DNA of 64,000 nt from Octopus sinensis (lineage: Eukaryota): contig NC_043001.1 of assembly GCF_006345805.1 (NCBI RefSeq), positions 76,818,001 through 76,882,000 on the forward strand. Direction: 5' to 3'. Position 1 is the stretch's first letter, and each line of letters opens with the position of its first letter. This document shows, in pieces, positions 12,770 through 24,640 of this stretch. Below the pieces are notes generated by a model. It ran no database searches. It was not told where the DNA came from and was given only the letters and a program-made list of their open reading frames with translations. A program made the translations under genes and the position numbers.

Positions 12770-14002
12770 GGCCTGACCGTCGTCCCTTGCCCCGACTCAT
12801 GGCTTAACAAGTTGGAACGAGTCCTCTTTCGCTTTTTGTGGAAAGGAGGAAAGCCACTTGTGAGACGCTCCGTGTGCTGTCAAGAACCGTTAAAGGGTGG
12901 GTTAGGGATGCCTTGGTTGATGATGCGCAGACATGCGTTGAGACTAAGACATCTCTGGCACCACCTGGAGGGTGATAAGGTGTGGAGTCCGCTGGCAGAG
13001 GGATTTTTCCCAAGACCGGCCTCCTTAGTCAATTTTAAACCCGGTTACATCAGAAGATGGAATCTGACTCCATGGCAAAAGGAGTGCCGACAGGCACTCA
13101 CGCTGATCCACAAGACGGGCAAGGCCGGCTGCGGAAATACCACCTCGGTATTTTATAGAGGGCTGGTAGAAGGTAAAAACGATGACGTCCTAGGAGGGGC
13201 TCTGGGGTTTGATGAAGACCAGCTTGCCAATCTGTTTAAGAAAACGTTCAGGTCGGGGTATTTGGATAATTTCCAAAGATCCCTGGCCTGGCAGTGCTAC
13301 AGGAATGCTTTACCTGTTCGCGAGAAGTTATCGCGGCACGGAGTTCAAGTGCCACCGACATGTCCAAGATGCGGGTTGGACGATGAAACCGTTCAGCACG
13401 CTTTTGTTCACTGTCGGAAGTTGAACGACTTGATAAGTTACGCAGAACACGTGTTATCGCATCTGGGACGAGTACAGCTGTCGGCTGAGTCTATGATTAA
13501 GATGATACCGCCAACTGGACTCTCGAAGGAAGGTGAGGCATGTTTTAAAACTGCACGGTTGCAGTAGTAAAGGAGTGCATGTGGAGAACGAGAATGGAAG
13601 GAGCCGCGACAGGGTCCTTTATCTCCGGGCCCGGCCTGCTCACCTACTTCAGATATCATCTGAGAAGCAAGGTGGGACTGGAGAGGAGGACCCTGCCGCG
13701 GGGAGTGTATGAGAAAAGATGGAAGGAAGTGGAAAGAAAGGTGGGTGTGAGAAACCCAGCTTGACCATGGAGGAGAGAGAGGAAGTGGAAGCTGCAGGGC
13801 CTCATCAATTGCCGGGGTGTAAAAGCTCCAGTAAAAACCACAAAGGTCACCTACAAGTGTTTGTTATACTAGTTATGCAAAAACTATTACTTTATAACGA
13901 ATCCAAACGAAACTTTTATCGAATCTCTTAAATGTTTTTGTATGTATGTCCTGTATTCGTCCCTTCTATGTATTGATTTTCTATAATCGTAATAAAGAGA
14001 TA
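12770..14002 (+). mobile_element. Tx1/L1-clade non-LTR retrotransposon, 5'-truncated copy 2 (tandem)
   Basis: Near-identical to copy 1 (I see three small indels and one substitution); same 5' truncation point; third TSD copy at 14003-14016. Confidence 0.9.
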
Positions 14003-14404
14003 AACATCAAACTCGCAGTCCACAGCAGCGATGCTTCCACTGTCACGTATTTTCTGGATCATTTCTACCTTTTCCTGAAGAGTATACACTTATCAGCGTC
14101 GTTTGTAAGGATTAGGCTCCTTCATATATATTTTTCTGTTCTCTAGTGCCACGTTGATGAGTACAAGAAGGTAAACCCATTTAAAAACTACGCAACCAAC
14201 CACACAGCACGGAGTGAGAACATATGTGATAATAACTATATTCTGGGTAACTGATCAGTGGGTGCGTATTTTTGTGATTCAAGTAGAATCTTGGACAGAT
14301 CGCCGACCTGCATTATCACAGATCAATCTCTAAGTGTAACATAGTTCAGTGATAAGTGAATCAGTGATAAACGAGACTACATGTACATCTTTCTTACTTT
14401 AGAT

Positions 14405-14620
14405 CACTCTGTAGTTGCTATTAGTATTGTTGTGACTGTTACTGCTTTAGTTATTCTTGTTGTTGTGGTGGTAGTGGTAATAGTAATCTTTGTATTTGCT
14501 ATGGTTAACGTTGTTGTTAAGAATGCTGTTGTGTTGGTTCTTTGATTGATGTTACTGTTATTCTCTTTTTTTCCCCAGTTATTGTTCTTAAAATGTGGTA
14601 GTGATGGGTTGCGCCTCACC
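14405..14620. repeat. Degenerate trinucleotide (GTT/GTA/GTG) low-complexity tract
   Basis: gttgttgtggtggtagtggtaatagtaatc...; produces the poly-Thr pseudo-ORF 14404-14622. Confidence 0.7.
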
Positions 14621-16184
14621 ACTCTCCCATGTCTGTGTGGTATCTATAATTCCGTTAAGTCAAGAAAGAGAAATCTCTATTTAATAAAAGCTGATATAAA
14701 TGGTTAGTTGGTTGATTCCTTCGGTCATGCTTTACATCGCAAAGAGAAAGAGAGAGTATTAACATAGGAGATGCAAAATTAGTGCACATTTATGCTTAAT
14801 GGCAGACAGTGAGTAAATGAACGCTAAACACGTATCTACCGTCAGAAAGAATCAGAGATTGTGTGTGTTTACACACACACACATACGCACAATATATATG
14901 TGTGAATTTCCATAATATAAAATCAACACGGAGAATAATTTATAATAAATATATATATTTTACGTTTTGAATAGAGTTTTGTTTAATCCTATTTTAACGT
15001 AATAAATATTTTCCCTTTGAAAATTGTATTCATTTTATCGTTTTGTGTAAGCACTAAGAAATTTGATAAGAGTTAACTTAAAATATGCGTGCCATATTTC
15101 ATGATATTATCCAAGGTGGGAAAAGTATATTTCCCAAGTTACTCGTCATCCGACAGATAATATTCTAGCAATTAATATTGTTTAAATGACTTGAAGATTT
15201 TGTGGAGCAGCTTTTTATAGAATGAGATCTGAAGAATCCTAAAATACCGTGAAAAAAATATAGATAATCTGTGAGATGAAGTGTCTTTTAATAGAAATTT
15301 AACCAAAATTTATTTTAGAAAAATCTGGTCTTCACCATTTTCCAAAAAGTTGAGGATTTTATATGTATAAAATCTCTTTTCCTCCCTCTCCAAAATATAT
15401 TTTGAAACTTTAATGTCATGTTATAAAGTGGTTGGAGTTGACCATAAAATCTAGGCAAAGGATCCGCGATTTTTCGGAAAAAATCATGTTAGAGTTCCTG
15501 GCTAAGATAAGTTTAGGGGCCACTGCTTCATACGCTTTTAAATTCAGACAAATATTCCTTATAAAATGTTATTTCATATTGCAAGTTAGCAAATTAAGAA
15601 ATGTCTGTCAGTGTTGCATCGTGAGATGTAATTGAAAATAACGTTTCGTAAGGAGAAATCATTCACCTGCCACTTCTTTTCCAACGAAATACCCATAACC
15701 CAAAATGTTTGTCACAACACTACGATGACACCTCCGAGCTTCTTCAACCCTACTATTTGTCAACTATCCACGTTGCTCCAGTAAGACCCACCCATATTGG
15801 TGTACTGTTCACATGCCTAAGGCAATAACCAAAATTAAAGCCCCCTTTTTACAATTACTGGCTCATTGACACACGGTTTCTTTTCCGTTGGCTCTTTTTA
15901 AAAATGGAGAAAGAACCACACCAATAACGGAAAACAAGTTCGAGCTTCTTCTGCGCCGCCTCTAGCTGGCAATTGCATTTAACAATTTAAGCAGAGAGCT
16001 GAAGTATTTCTACAACGTATAGTACCAGCATCGTTATAAGGGAAAAACAATTTGGTCGGCCAGTGTAATCTTAAGTATATAAAACAGATGTGATGGTCAT
16101 GGCTAAAGTATTTGTTTTTGAGTTTTACATAGGTCTACTTGACTAGGTATGTCCCGGGGCTAAACATCTCCAGTTTGCAATACT

Positions 16185-16386
16185 CTTTACTCTTTTACTT
16201 GTTTCAGTCATTTGACTGTGGCCATGCTGGAGCACCGCCTTTAGTCGAGCAAATTGACCCCAGGACTTATTCTTTGGAAGCCTAGTACTTATTCTATCGG
16301 TCTCTTTTGCCGAACCGCTAAGTTACGGGGACGTAAACACACCAGCATCGGTTGTCAAGTGGTGTTGGGAGGACAAACACAGACAC

Positions 16387-16453
<67 letters not shown>

Positions 16454-16570
16454 GACGGGCTTCTTTCAGTTTCCGTCTACCACATCTACTCACAAGGCTT
16501 TGGTCGGTCCGAGGCTACAGTAGAAGACACTTGCCCAAGTTGCCACGCAGTGAGACTTGAACCGGAAGGA
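16185..16570 (-). mobile_element. SINE family A, young, with internal (TA)n
   Basis: Near-consensus reverse complement from the tail (tttactcttttacttgtttcagtcatttgactgtggccatgctgg) to gagacttgaaccgg. Confidence 0.85.
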
Positions 16571-16889
16571 TTACTCATATTTTTTCTCTTATAACTATTT
16601 ACTTTATTTTTTGTTCATGTTAACCTTTCAGTCAAATTGTTCGCTTCAACTGTGACACAGAGTAGTGTCACAGCAGAGCCAAACTTCAGCTGTTACATAC
16701 AGTTAATTGATTTCTATTATCTTACGTCTATTATTCTAGGGCGGATTTTCTTGTTGACATAAGTATTTAGGTGTTCTTTGAACCGCAGTCATTTTCCATT
16801 TTTCTTTTTCTTTCTATGTATGTTTAAGAAGTGTTAGTCAGAGTGATCAGTCACGCCCTCGACACGTTTCAAAGCTTTTGAAACTGGTG

Positions 16890-17277
16890 GAAAGTTAGCC
16901 TTGTACTGGAGTGTACTTAGCCGGAGTGGGATGTTAGCTTCGCACTGGAGACCTAGTCCGAGTATGAAGTTAGTCTCGTACCGGAGGCCTAGCCCGAGTA
17001 TGAAGTTAGCCTCGTATCGGAGGTGTCGTCTGAATATGAAGTTAGCCTGGTACTGAAAGCTTAGCCCGTGTTTGAAGTTAGCCCATATCGGAGACCTAGC
17101 CCAAGTATGAAGTTAGCCTGGCACCGAAAGCTTAGCCCGAGTATGAAGTTCGCTTGGTACTGGAGGCTTTGTCCAAATATGAATTTGGCCTCATATCGAA
17201 GGCCTTGCCCAAGTATGAAGTTAACCTCATACTGTAGGTCGGGCCCAAGTATAAGGTTAGCTTCATACCGGTGTGGG
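16890..17277 (-). repeat. 36-bp minisatellite, about 11 units, consensus agtatgaagttagcctcgtaccggaggcctagcccg
   Basis: Units start at about 16925, 16961, 16997, 17033, 17069 (35 bp), 17104, 17140, 17176, 17212 and 17248. The minus frame reads (GLGLRYEANFIL)n. Confidence 0.9.
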
Positions 17278-17280
17278 AAA

Positions 17281-17477
17281 ATTGCCTTGGAATACACACA
17301 CCTAACAAATCTACTCACAAGGCTTTGGTCTACAAAATATGAATAATCCCTCCAGGTTCAGTCTCACTGCGTGGCACCTTGGGCAAGTGTCTTCTACTAT
17401 AGCCTCGGGCCGACCAAAGCCTTGTGAGTGAATTTGTTAGGTGTGTGTATTCCAAGGCAATTGCCTTGGAATACACA
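17281..17477. repeat. Fold-back: 50-bp inverted repeat around a SINE A fragment plus a 34-bp perfect palindrome
   Basis: 17281-17330 is the reverse complement of 17412-17461 (2 mismatches); tgtgtattccaaggcaa|ttgccttggaatacaca is centred at 17460/17461. Confidence 0.9.
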
Positions 17478-17875
17478 AGCTTGCCAAAATAGTAAACTCT
17501 GATAAAGACAGCCAGAGGTGTGTGTATTGGTGGGGAGGGCAGGTATTGGCCCTTGGGTATCTTTATTCCCTACCCAACGGCGCCGGTTAAAAGTTGCAGG
17601 TGTTTGATCAATGTGTATTTGACCCGTGTATGTTTGACCAATTCCCCTTTTGGTTTTCTTAATTTGTTAATATCAAATACAGAGCAGATTCTATCACTAA
17701 GATTGTTATTGGCAAAGGAAATGTGAAGAGAAACGGACGGATGGCGGTGTTAATTGTGTGTACACTACATATACACATATGCACAGTGTATGCAAATGAT
17801 ATACAGATGGCTGGATATATATGCATACATATATCATTCCAAATGTTAGTCCCCACCTCCCCCACACATACGTAT

Positions 17876-17918
<43 letters not shown>

Positions 17919-18819
17919 TTGTCAGCTCTCCAGCAGTATGTTATCAGTTATCTCACAGTTACAAACGTGCTGAGCCAGTTTGATATCGTGATGATAAAAA
18001 CATTTCATGATAATAAAATCTGGCAGATTGCCGTGGAATTGGCCTCAACTCCCATCACGCACGCACGCACGCAAACACACACACACATACACACACAATT
18101 AAATATACACATACATAAACACAAACACACGCAGGGACAAACCAAGGGAGGAAAAGACAAATGATATATATATATAAATCTTCCGGGTCAGTTAATAAAT
18201 TGCTATTGATAGACATATGACTATAATTGGTCCACTGGTAGCTGTCTACACACTGTCTGGTTGGCTGGCTAGCTGGTAGGTATGTTGGTTGGTTGGTTGG
18301 TACATAAAAATGGACATGCATACACTCAGAGGTGTGTGTGTGTATACACACGCATACATAGATATAGATTGATTATATGTATGTTTATATGTATAGATGT
18401 ATGTGTGTGTATACACACATACATACATACATACATATATATTGCTCCAGTATGGCCTCAGCCTCTGGATAGGTGAAACCATTGAAAAATAAGATATACA
18501 TATATATATATATATATACACACAGATTTTGTATGTATGTAGAGAGAGAGAGAGATTTTATATATTTATATAAGATAGACAGACTTGTGTATATAATGAT
18601 TGCAAGTGTGAAAGAGAAAGACGGTAAGAACAAGAGAGAAAGAAGTAAACGAATGAATGAAGAGGCGGGGAGAAAATTTAACAAGAAAAGTTGATGGTGG
18701 GGATGTGAGAGACAAAATGGGATAGATAAGAACAGAAATATGGGAAGGAAATGAAAGAAAATACTATTTAAGGTAACTAATTAAAATAAGCTGAAAGAGA
18801 TGAAGAAAGAAAGAAAAAG

Positions 18820-19560
18820 AAGTTTGCTTCGCAACTACATGGTTCCGGGTTCAGTCCCACTGTGTGGCACCTTGGGCCAGTGTTTTCTGCTATAGTCTCG
18901 GGCCGGCCGAAGCCTTGTAAGAGAATTTGGTAGACGGATACTGAAAGAAGCCTATCGTACATATATATATATGTGTGTGTGTGTGTGTTTGGCCCCCACC
19001 ATCGCTTGACAACCGATGTTAGTGTGTTCACGTCCCCGAAACCTAGCGATTCGGCAAAGAAGACGGATAGAATAAGTACTATGTTTACAAAAAAGTAAGT
19101 CCTGTGGTCGATTTGTTCGACTAAAGGGTGATCCAGCATGGCCGCAGTCAAGTGACTGAAACAAATAAAAGAATGAAAGAATATTGCAATAAGGGGTGAA
19201 GGAATGAATGATACAAGCGCAGGTTTGGCTGTGTGGTTAAGAAGCTTGCCTTGCAGTTACGCGCGGTTTGATGTTCAGTCCCACTTCGCGGCACATTTGG
19301 TAAGCGTTTTCTACTCTAAATCTGGGCTGCCAGTGTCTTGTGAGAGAATTTGTGAGACGGAAACTGTGTGGAAGCCTGTAATTTGTTTGTGTGTGTGTTT
19401 GTTTGCTTGTGTTCTGTTCCCTGTTTGACAGTCGGTATTGGTTTGTTTACGTTCCTCGTGAGTTAGCGGTTCAGAAAAAGTGTATTGTGGAATGTGTCAA
19501 ACTTTAAAAGATTTGTTTGGCGGTGTCACAGCATGGCCACAGTTCAACGAATGAAACAAG
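18820..19560 (+). mobile_element. Two tandem SINE family A copies
   Basis: Body and tail motifs at 18820-19185 and 19215-19560. Confidence 0.75.
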
Positions 19561-19742
19561 TTATAGATATATATAGAATGAAAGAAGAAATATTGACATG
19601 AAGAAGGAATATTACCGAAAGAAAGGAAAGATTGGAATAAAAGATATTAAAATGGAGAAAGATTAAACGAATGAAAGAAGAAAGGAATAGAAGAAAGATT
19701 TGATAAAATGGTTGAAAATCATTGAAACAGATTGAAAAGGAA

Positions 19743-19775
<33 letters not shown>

Positions 19776-20317
19776 GTGGTTAGATAGATAGATAGGTGGT
19801 TAGATAGGTAGGTAGATATATGGTGAGGAAGAGAGAGAGAGAGGGGGGGAAGGTAAAATGAAGTTAAAAATCAATGAAAGAAAGCGAGGAAAAGAAGTTT
19901 ATGGGGTGAAGGGGGAGAGAGATACAAAAAATAAATAAATCAAGGAAGGAAAGAAAGAAAGGCAATAAATTATAGCTCTACGAAAATAATATATAGAATG
20001 GTGAGCGCTCTCCCTATATGTATGTGTGTGTGTGTGTTCAGAGGGAACAGAGAGAGGGAGAGAAAATGGTGGTGGTGTTGGAACAAGACAAAATGGTCGA
20101 GCTCGCTCTATAATTCAACGTAGCAAGACCAATAATTGTTATCATTGACAACTGGCGCTGTGGTTTGGTTTAGATCTTGTAGATTTACTTGGTTTTATAT
20201 ACGTCTGTTATTTTTGTTTGTTTCTTTTACTTTTCCTTGCTCTTTTTTTTTCTTTATATATACTGATTTACTCCAGAGGAAAAAATATTGACTGCTCTGT
20301 CTGTATGTTTGCGACTA

Positions 20318-20536
20318 TACAGAGTGCGGCAGAAAAACCTCCCGTATTTTACACGGTAATTTGATTTGGTTCTATTAAAATTAGTCAGGTAGTAATTGTG
20401 TCTTCATGTAGCTAATATTTTACCGTTTTTCTTCTGTTCATTAGTATCATAGTTTATTCGCTGTGTATTTTATTTGCTTTTGAAACGTGTATCAAGTATA
20501 GCTAATATGGGAGGGATTTTTTTGCCGCACCCTATA
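20318..20536. mobile_element. Tc1/mariner-type MITE
   Basis: TIRs tacagagtgcggcagaaaaacctccc / gggagggattttttgccgcaccctata with TA flanks; a related TIR occurs in reverse at about 6505-6543. Confidence 0.65.
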
Positions 20537-20750
20537 CCGATGTATGTGTGTGATCGCGTGTTAGTAGGTGTGCGTCATTGTTTATGATTATCTTGAGTAG
20601 GTGTCTATCATTGTGTGTGATTATATGTATACATATATGTGCAATTATATGTGGGTAGGTGTGTGTGATTCTGTGGGTTATGTAAGTATGTGTATTTGTG
20701 ATAGGGCGAATGTATGTGATTATATGTATGCAAGCATATATGTAAGTAGC

Positions 20751-21292
20751 TGTGACGTTGCTAAACTTGTGCCGCCCGGGACAGCCCTTGAATTTGAGGT
20801 TTCCTCCACACCCTCAAACAGGTTTCTGTAGGAGACCCCAAAGTGCCGCCCCTTCGACCCCACGCCTACTGGTGAGTAGCTGAGTGCGTGAATGTGTCCA
20901 TTGGAATATGCATTTTTTAACCATATGTCATCCTTCAGGCAGGACAGGCATGTACCGTGTGATTTTTATCAGACCCTCCTTAACCAGTGTGATTGAAGCA
21001 GTGGATGATCAGGCCCAGCATCAACAGATCAATACTTGCAGGAGGGAAAAGAAACTGTTGAGGTTTGCCCGGAATGATCGCAAAACAGTCAACCTTGCTA
21101 AAGGCACCTCAAGGACCAAGTGGAGAGGGGCATTTACAAACTGGGCAACATGATTGTTTTATTTAGCGTTTTCTGTGAGTAATTGCTTGGTTATCTAGAG
21201 GTTTCAAATGTGATTGTCCCTGGTTAATTATGTTTCCGACAGCAAGAGGGATAAGAGACGGTCTATGCATCTCGGGAGGAATAAATGTTACA
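20751..21292 (+). mobile_element. Possible solo LTR
   Basis: GC-richer 542-bp block starting TGTGACG and ending AATAAATGTTACA; flanks (gtagc/ctagg) are not a clean TSD. Confidence 0.3.
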
Positions 21293-21949
21293 CTAGGTGC
21301 CCTTGATCGAAAGCAGCGGTTTTATCGGTTTTATAGTAATGTTTACATCGGAGAAACACACACAAAATATTATTTTCGTTGCACCTTTTCCTCTGGTCCC
21401 CTTTTCTCATCTTGTTCCGCCCTCTTTTATTTCTGCCCTTTCCTCTTGTCCCGCCTTTTACTGTGCCGTCTTGCTTTAGTGTTGTTGACCCATGGCAACC
21501 TGGGTGTATGTAATATATAGAACCGCATCGCTAATATTCAGCCTTTAACGCCCTGTTCGATAAGGTCTGTATCCAAAGACATGTCGAAAAAAGATAATTA
21601 TTAAATCCCAAACTTAAGGAAATAGTATGACAAATTCCTGAGATCCCTGCGTTCCGTTTCATGATGTCCCCATAGTCATAGCTCACAGGTTTAAATCAGA
21701 TGATGTAGATTACGATTATACCCGAATCTGGTAAAAAAAAAATGGTGGGCTCGCAGTCATATATATTGACACATGTATATCTACAAAATAAAACTTGAAA
21801 TTTCTAAATAAAATTGTGATGTGTGTCAGTGTGTGCGTGTGTACAGGCTCGACAATTTTATTTCTTACATTAAAATTCGATATAATCGTATTCTACATAA
21901 TCTGATAGGTATTTGTATAGGTATGTCGCTGCACGGTACCATGTATGTA

Positions 21950-22340
21950 TCCCCTGCTAGGCATATAAATTTTATATACAGGATGCAGCGCCGCACCGAT
22001 AACCAGTTGGCGGAAGATCTGCTTGGGTTAAACTAGTTGTAACATGGAACAGTGACTTTGATGTCGCGATTGACTTTGCTCGTTTCTTGAGATTTTACAA
22101 CTGGTTCTTGCTCTGTTGACTGGGTGCTCACGACTGAGGATGGGCCAACCAGCTCGAAATTGAGTCAGTCTCGCGATCCTGTTGTCTGCTACGTGATGGT
22201 AGGGGTTTACTCCCCCTGCTAGCAATATATATTGTATATGGTGCAGCGTCACACCGGTAACCAGCTGACAGAAGGTCTACCTGGGGTTAAATTAGAAGTA
22301 ACATGGAACAGTCACTTCGATATGGCGATTGACTTTACTT
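21950..22340. repeat. Diverged direct repeat (about 130 bp x2, about 260-bp period)
   Basis: cccctgctag...gcagcgccgcaccgataaccag...gtaacatggaacagtgactttgatgtcgcgattgacttt at 21950-22080 and 22213-22340. Confidence 0.75.
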
Positions 22341-23571
22341 ATATATATGTGGGAGGAGGTGCAAATTTATATATGTATGTGCAAGTATATGTGTACGTGT
22401 TAGCGTAACAAGATGTAGGCATAGCAGAGTGGTTAAGGGGTTTACTTCAAAGTCTTGCAATCCCGTATTCAATCTCAGTGTGTGACATTCTGAGCAAGGG
22501 ACTTTTCTGTCGCCCTATGTAGCCTTGGGTTGATCTGAATCTGGTGAGTGAAACTGGGCCAAACGGCAGAGGGAAGAACCTAATCGGACGCACTGTAGCC
22601 CTAATTCAAAAGTTAAGCTTGGTCAAGAATCTGTGCCACACTGATTCTGTGTGAGAATTACGTTAAACATACAAGTGTCTATGGAATATTCACCCAGTTA
22701 GACGCTAACGAGTTGGTACTTCAGTAGATAGAACAACTAGGAAGGATACTCATCATCGAAACCGACGGAGAACCATTGACTATTATATCCACACCCCCAC
22801 ACACACAGATACATATACGATGATGACGATATATTTATATACCTACGTGTATAAACACGCATATATAATTATATATCTATATATAGACATACATATATCT
22901 ATATATACATGTCTATTATCCATGTTTATATCTACACCCACCCACCTTCACACATCCGCACACACAGACATATTTTAATTACCTTTCAATCAAATCCTTT
23001 AACATTCTCGTTTGTCAAACCCGTGACAGCTTGATGTATTTATTTTCAATCGATTATTATTTATCGTTTCAGTAATTTATTGCCATCATGGGGCAGCTGG
23101 GTGGAGGGGGCGGGAGGAGAACGTCAGAAACGTCATAGCAACAGAAACAATACCTTGTTTTAAATGTTCCGGTTCTTTACATTCTGCGTTCGAATCCCAC
23201 CGAAGTCAACTCTGCAATAATGGTTTCATATTTCGGCACAAAGGCCCGAAATTTTTGTTTTGGGGGAGGGGGACTAATCGATTACTTCGACACCAGTACT
23301 CGACTGGTACTTATTTCATCGATCACAGAAGGATGAAAGGCAAAGTCGACCTCTGCGGAACTTGAACTCAGAACGTAAAGACGGACGAAATGCCGCTAAG
23401 CATTTTGCCCAGTGTGCTAACGATTCTGCCAGCTCGTTTGCCTTAGCCATCATCTCTATAATAACGACATCTAATAAATGACTTAAGCATTTACATATTA
23501 ATTACTTTTACTCGGAGTATCCAAGTTCATTTTTATATTTTCCTGGATTATTTTGGCTTGAATCCTGCCGA

Positions 23572-23950
23572 TATTACTCTTTTACTTGTTTCAGTCATTT
23601 GACTGTGGCCATGCTGGAGCACCGCCTTTAGTCGAACAAATCGACCCCAGAACTTATTCTTTGTAAGCCTAGTACTTATTCTATCGGTCTCTTTTGCTGA
23701 ACCGCTAAGTTACGGGGACGTATACACACCACCATCGGTTGTCAAGCGATGTCGGGCACACACACACACACATATACATATATACGACGGTCTTCTTTCA
23801 GTTTCCTTCCACCAAATCCACTCACAAGGCTTTGGTCGGCCCGAGGCTATAGTAGAAGACACTTGCCCAAGGTGCCACGCAGTGGGACTGAACCCGGAAC
23901 CATGTGGTTGGTAAGCAAGCTACTTACCATACAGCCACTCCTACGCCTAT
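23572..23950 (-). mobile_element. SINE family A, young
   Basis: Near-consensus full length, ending in cttaccatacagccactcctacgccta. Confidence 0.85.
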
Positions 23951-24389
23951 ATAACATATATATAACATATTTAATAGCATATTAGAAGCACTTTTGCCCA
24001 CTCAAAAATACCTCAAAAATATCATCCCGGGCCCTCCCATAAGCTAATATTGTCCCTGACGCTAATTTCAATCCAGATAGTCTCTGCTACCTAACCAGTA
24101 ATGCTTTCTGCTATACCTGAGGTACTGACATTTTCAAGGTCCGGGGATCATGCTTGTAACAAAATACAAAGTGCATAATATATAATTTAATTGTTGGTTT
24201 CACTTTCTGGCACAAAGCCAGCAAGTTCGGAGAGGTGTTAAGTCGATTACATCGACCCCACTGCTCACCTGGTACTTATTTTATCGACTTCGAAAAGATG
24301 AAACTCAGAACGTAAAGACGGACGAAATGGCGTTAAACATTTTGCCCGCCGTGCTAACGCAGTATCCCTACGCTATGAAATAAACCTGA

Positions 24390-24640
24390 TCTGGGCTAAG
24401 GTTACGGTTAGGGCTTAGGGTTGGGTTTAGGTTTGACTACCTGCTCAAGTGTAAATTGTCAGGTAGACCGCACGTTGAAGTGTCACCCATGCATATATAA
24501 TGCAAAAACACGCTGCAGACTACGATAGTTTATAAACTAGAAATAAAATTTCAAAATGTATTCTTTCTGTGCGGCCTGGTACCAAATGATCCACGGCTCG
24601 GTACTAACCCGCGGCCTGGTGGTTTAGAACCCTTGCTTTA
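24390..24640. mobile_element. Degenerate (TTAGGG)-like tract followed by a hAT-type MITE end
   Basis: gggctaaggttacggttagggcttagggttgggtttagg; later gcggcctggtaccaaatgatccacgg...ccgcggcctggtggtttagaacccttg. Confidence 0.4.

Larger units (their letters stand above)
11300..14125 (-). pseudogene. Decayed Tigger/pogo (TIGD1-like) transposase N-terminal HTH, split by the Tx1 insertion (pieces 14017-14125 and about 11300-11524)
   Basis: Rejoining the empty site gives M-KEPNPYKRR**VYTLQEKVEMIQKY/(frameshift)DSGSIAAVDCEFDVSEFPIRSIYK...EISPAAIAISETGARFH. This resembles the Tigger-type TLQEKVELL..Y...SAAAVARHF.INESSVRTI.K..EIREAVAAA.PAGAKTLH motif as recalled. Confidence 0.55.

Noticed and set aside
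14147-14170. 24-nt AG/GT-bounded micro-exon (CHVDEYKK)
   Set aside because: It lies just upstream of the Tigger-like remnant on the opposite strand, and such short splice-like matches arise by chance.
16890-17277. CRISPR-like 36-bp periodicity
   Set aside because: Units are head-to-tail with no unique spacers, there are no cas genes, and the context is eukaryotic.
23749-23985. Recurrent ORFs with QIHSQGFGRPEAIVEDTCP / PNPLTRLWSARGYSRRHLP motifs (also 16352, 48001, 50418, 53605)
   Set aside because: These are read-through of non-coding SINE family A, not a protein family.
24390-24432. True telomere or chromosome-fusion site
   Set aside because: Only short, degenerate TTAGGG-like repeats; the other examples in the window sit inside MITEs.
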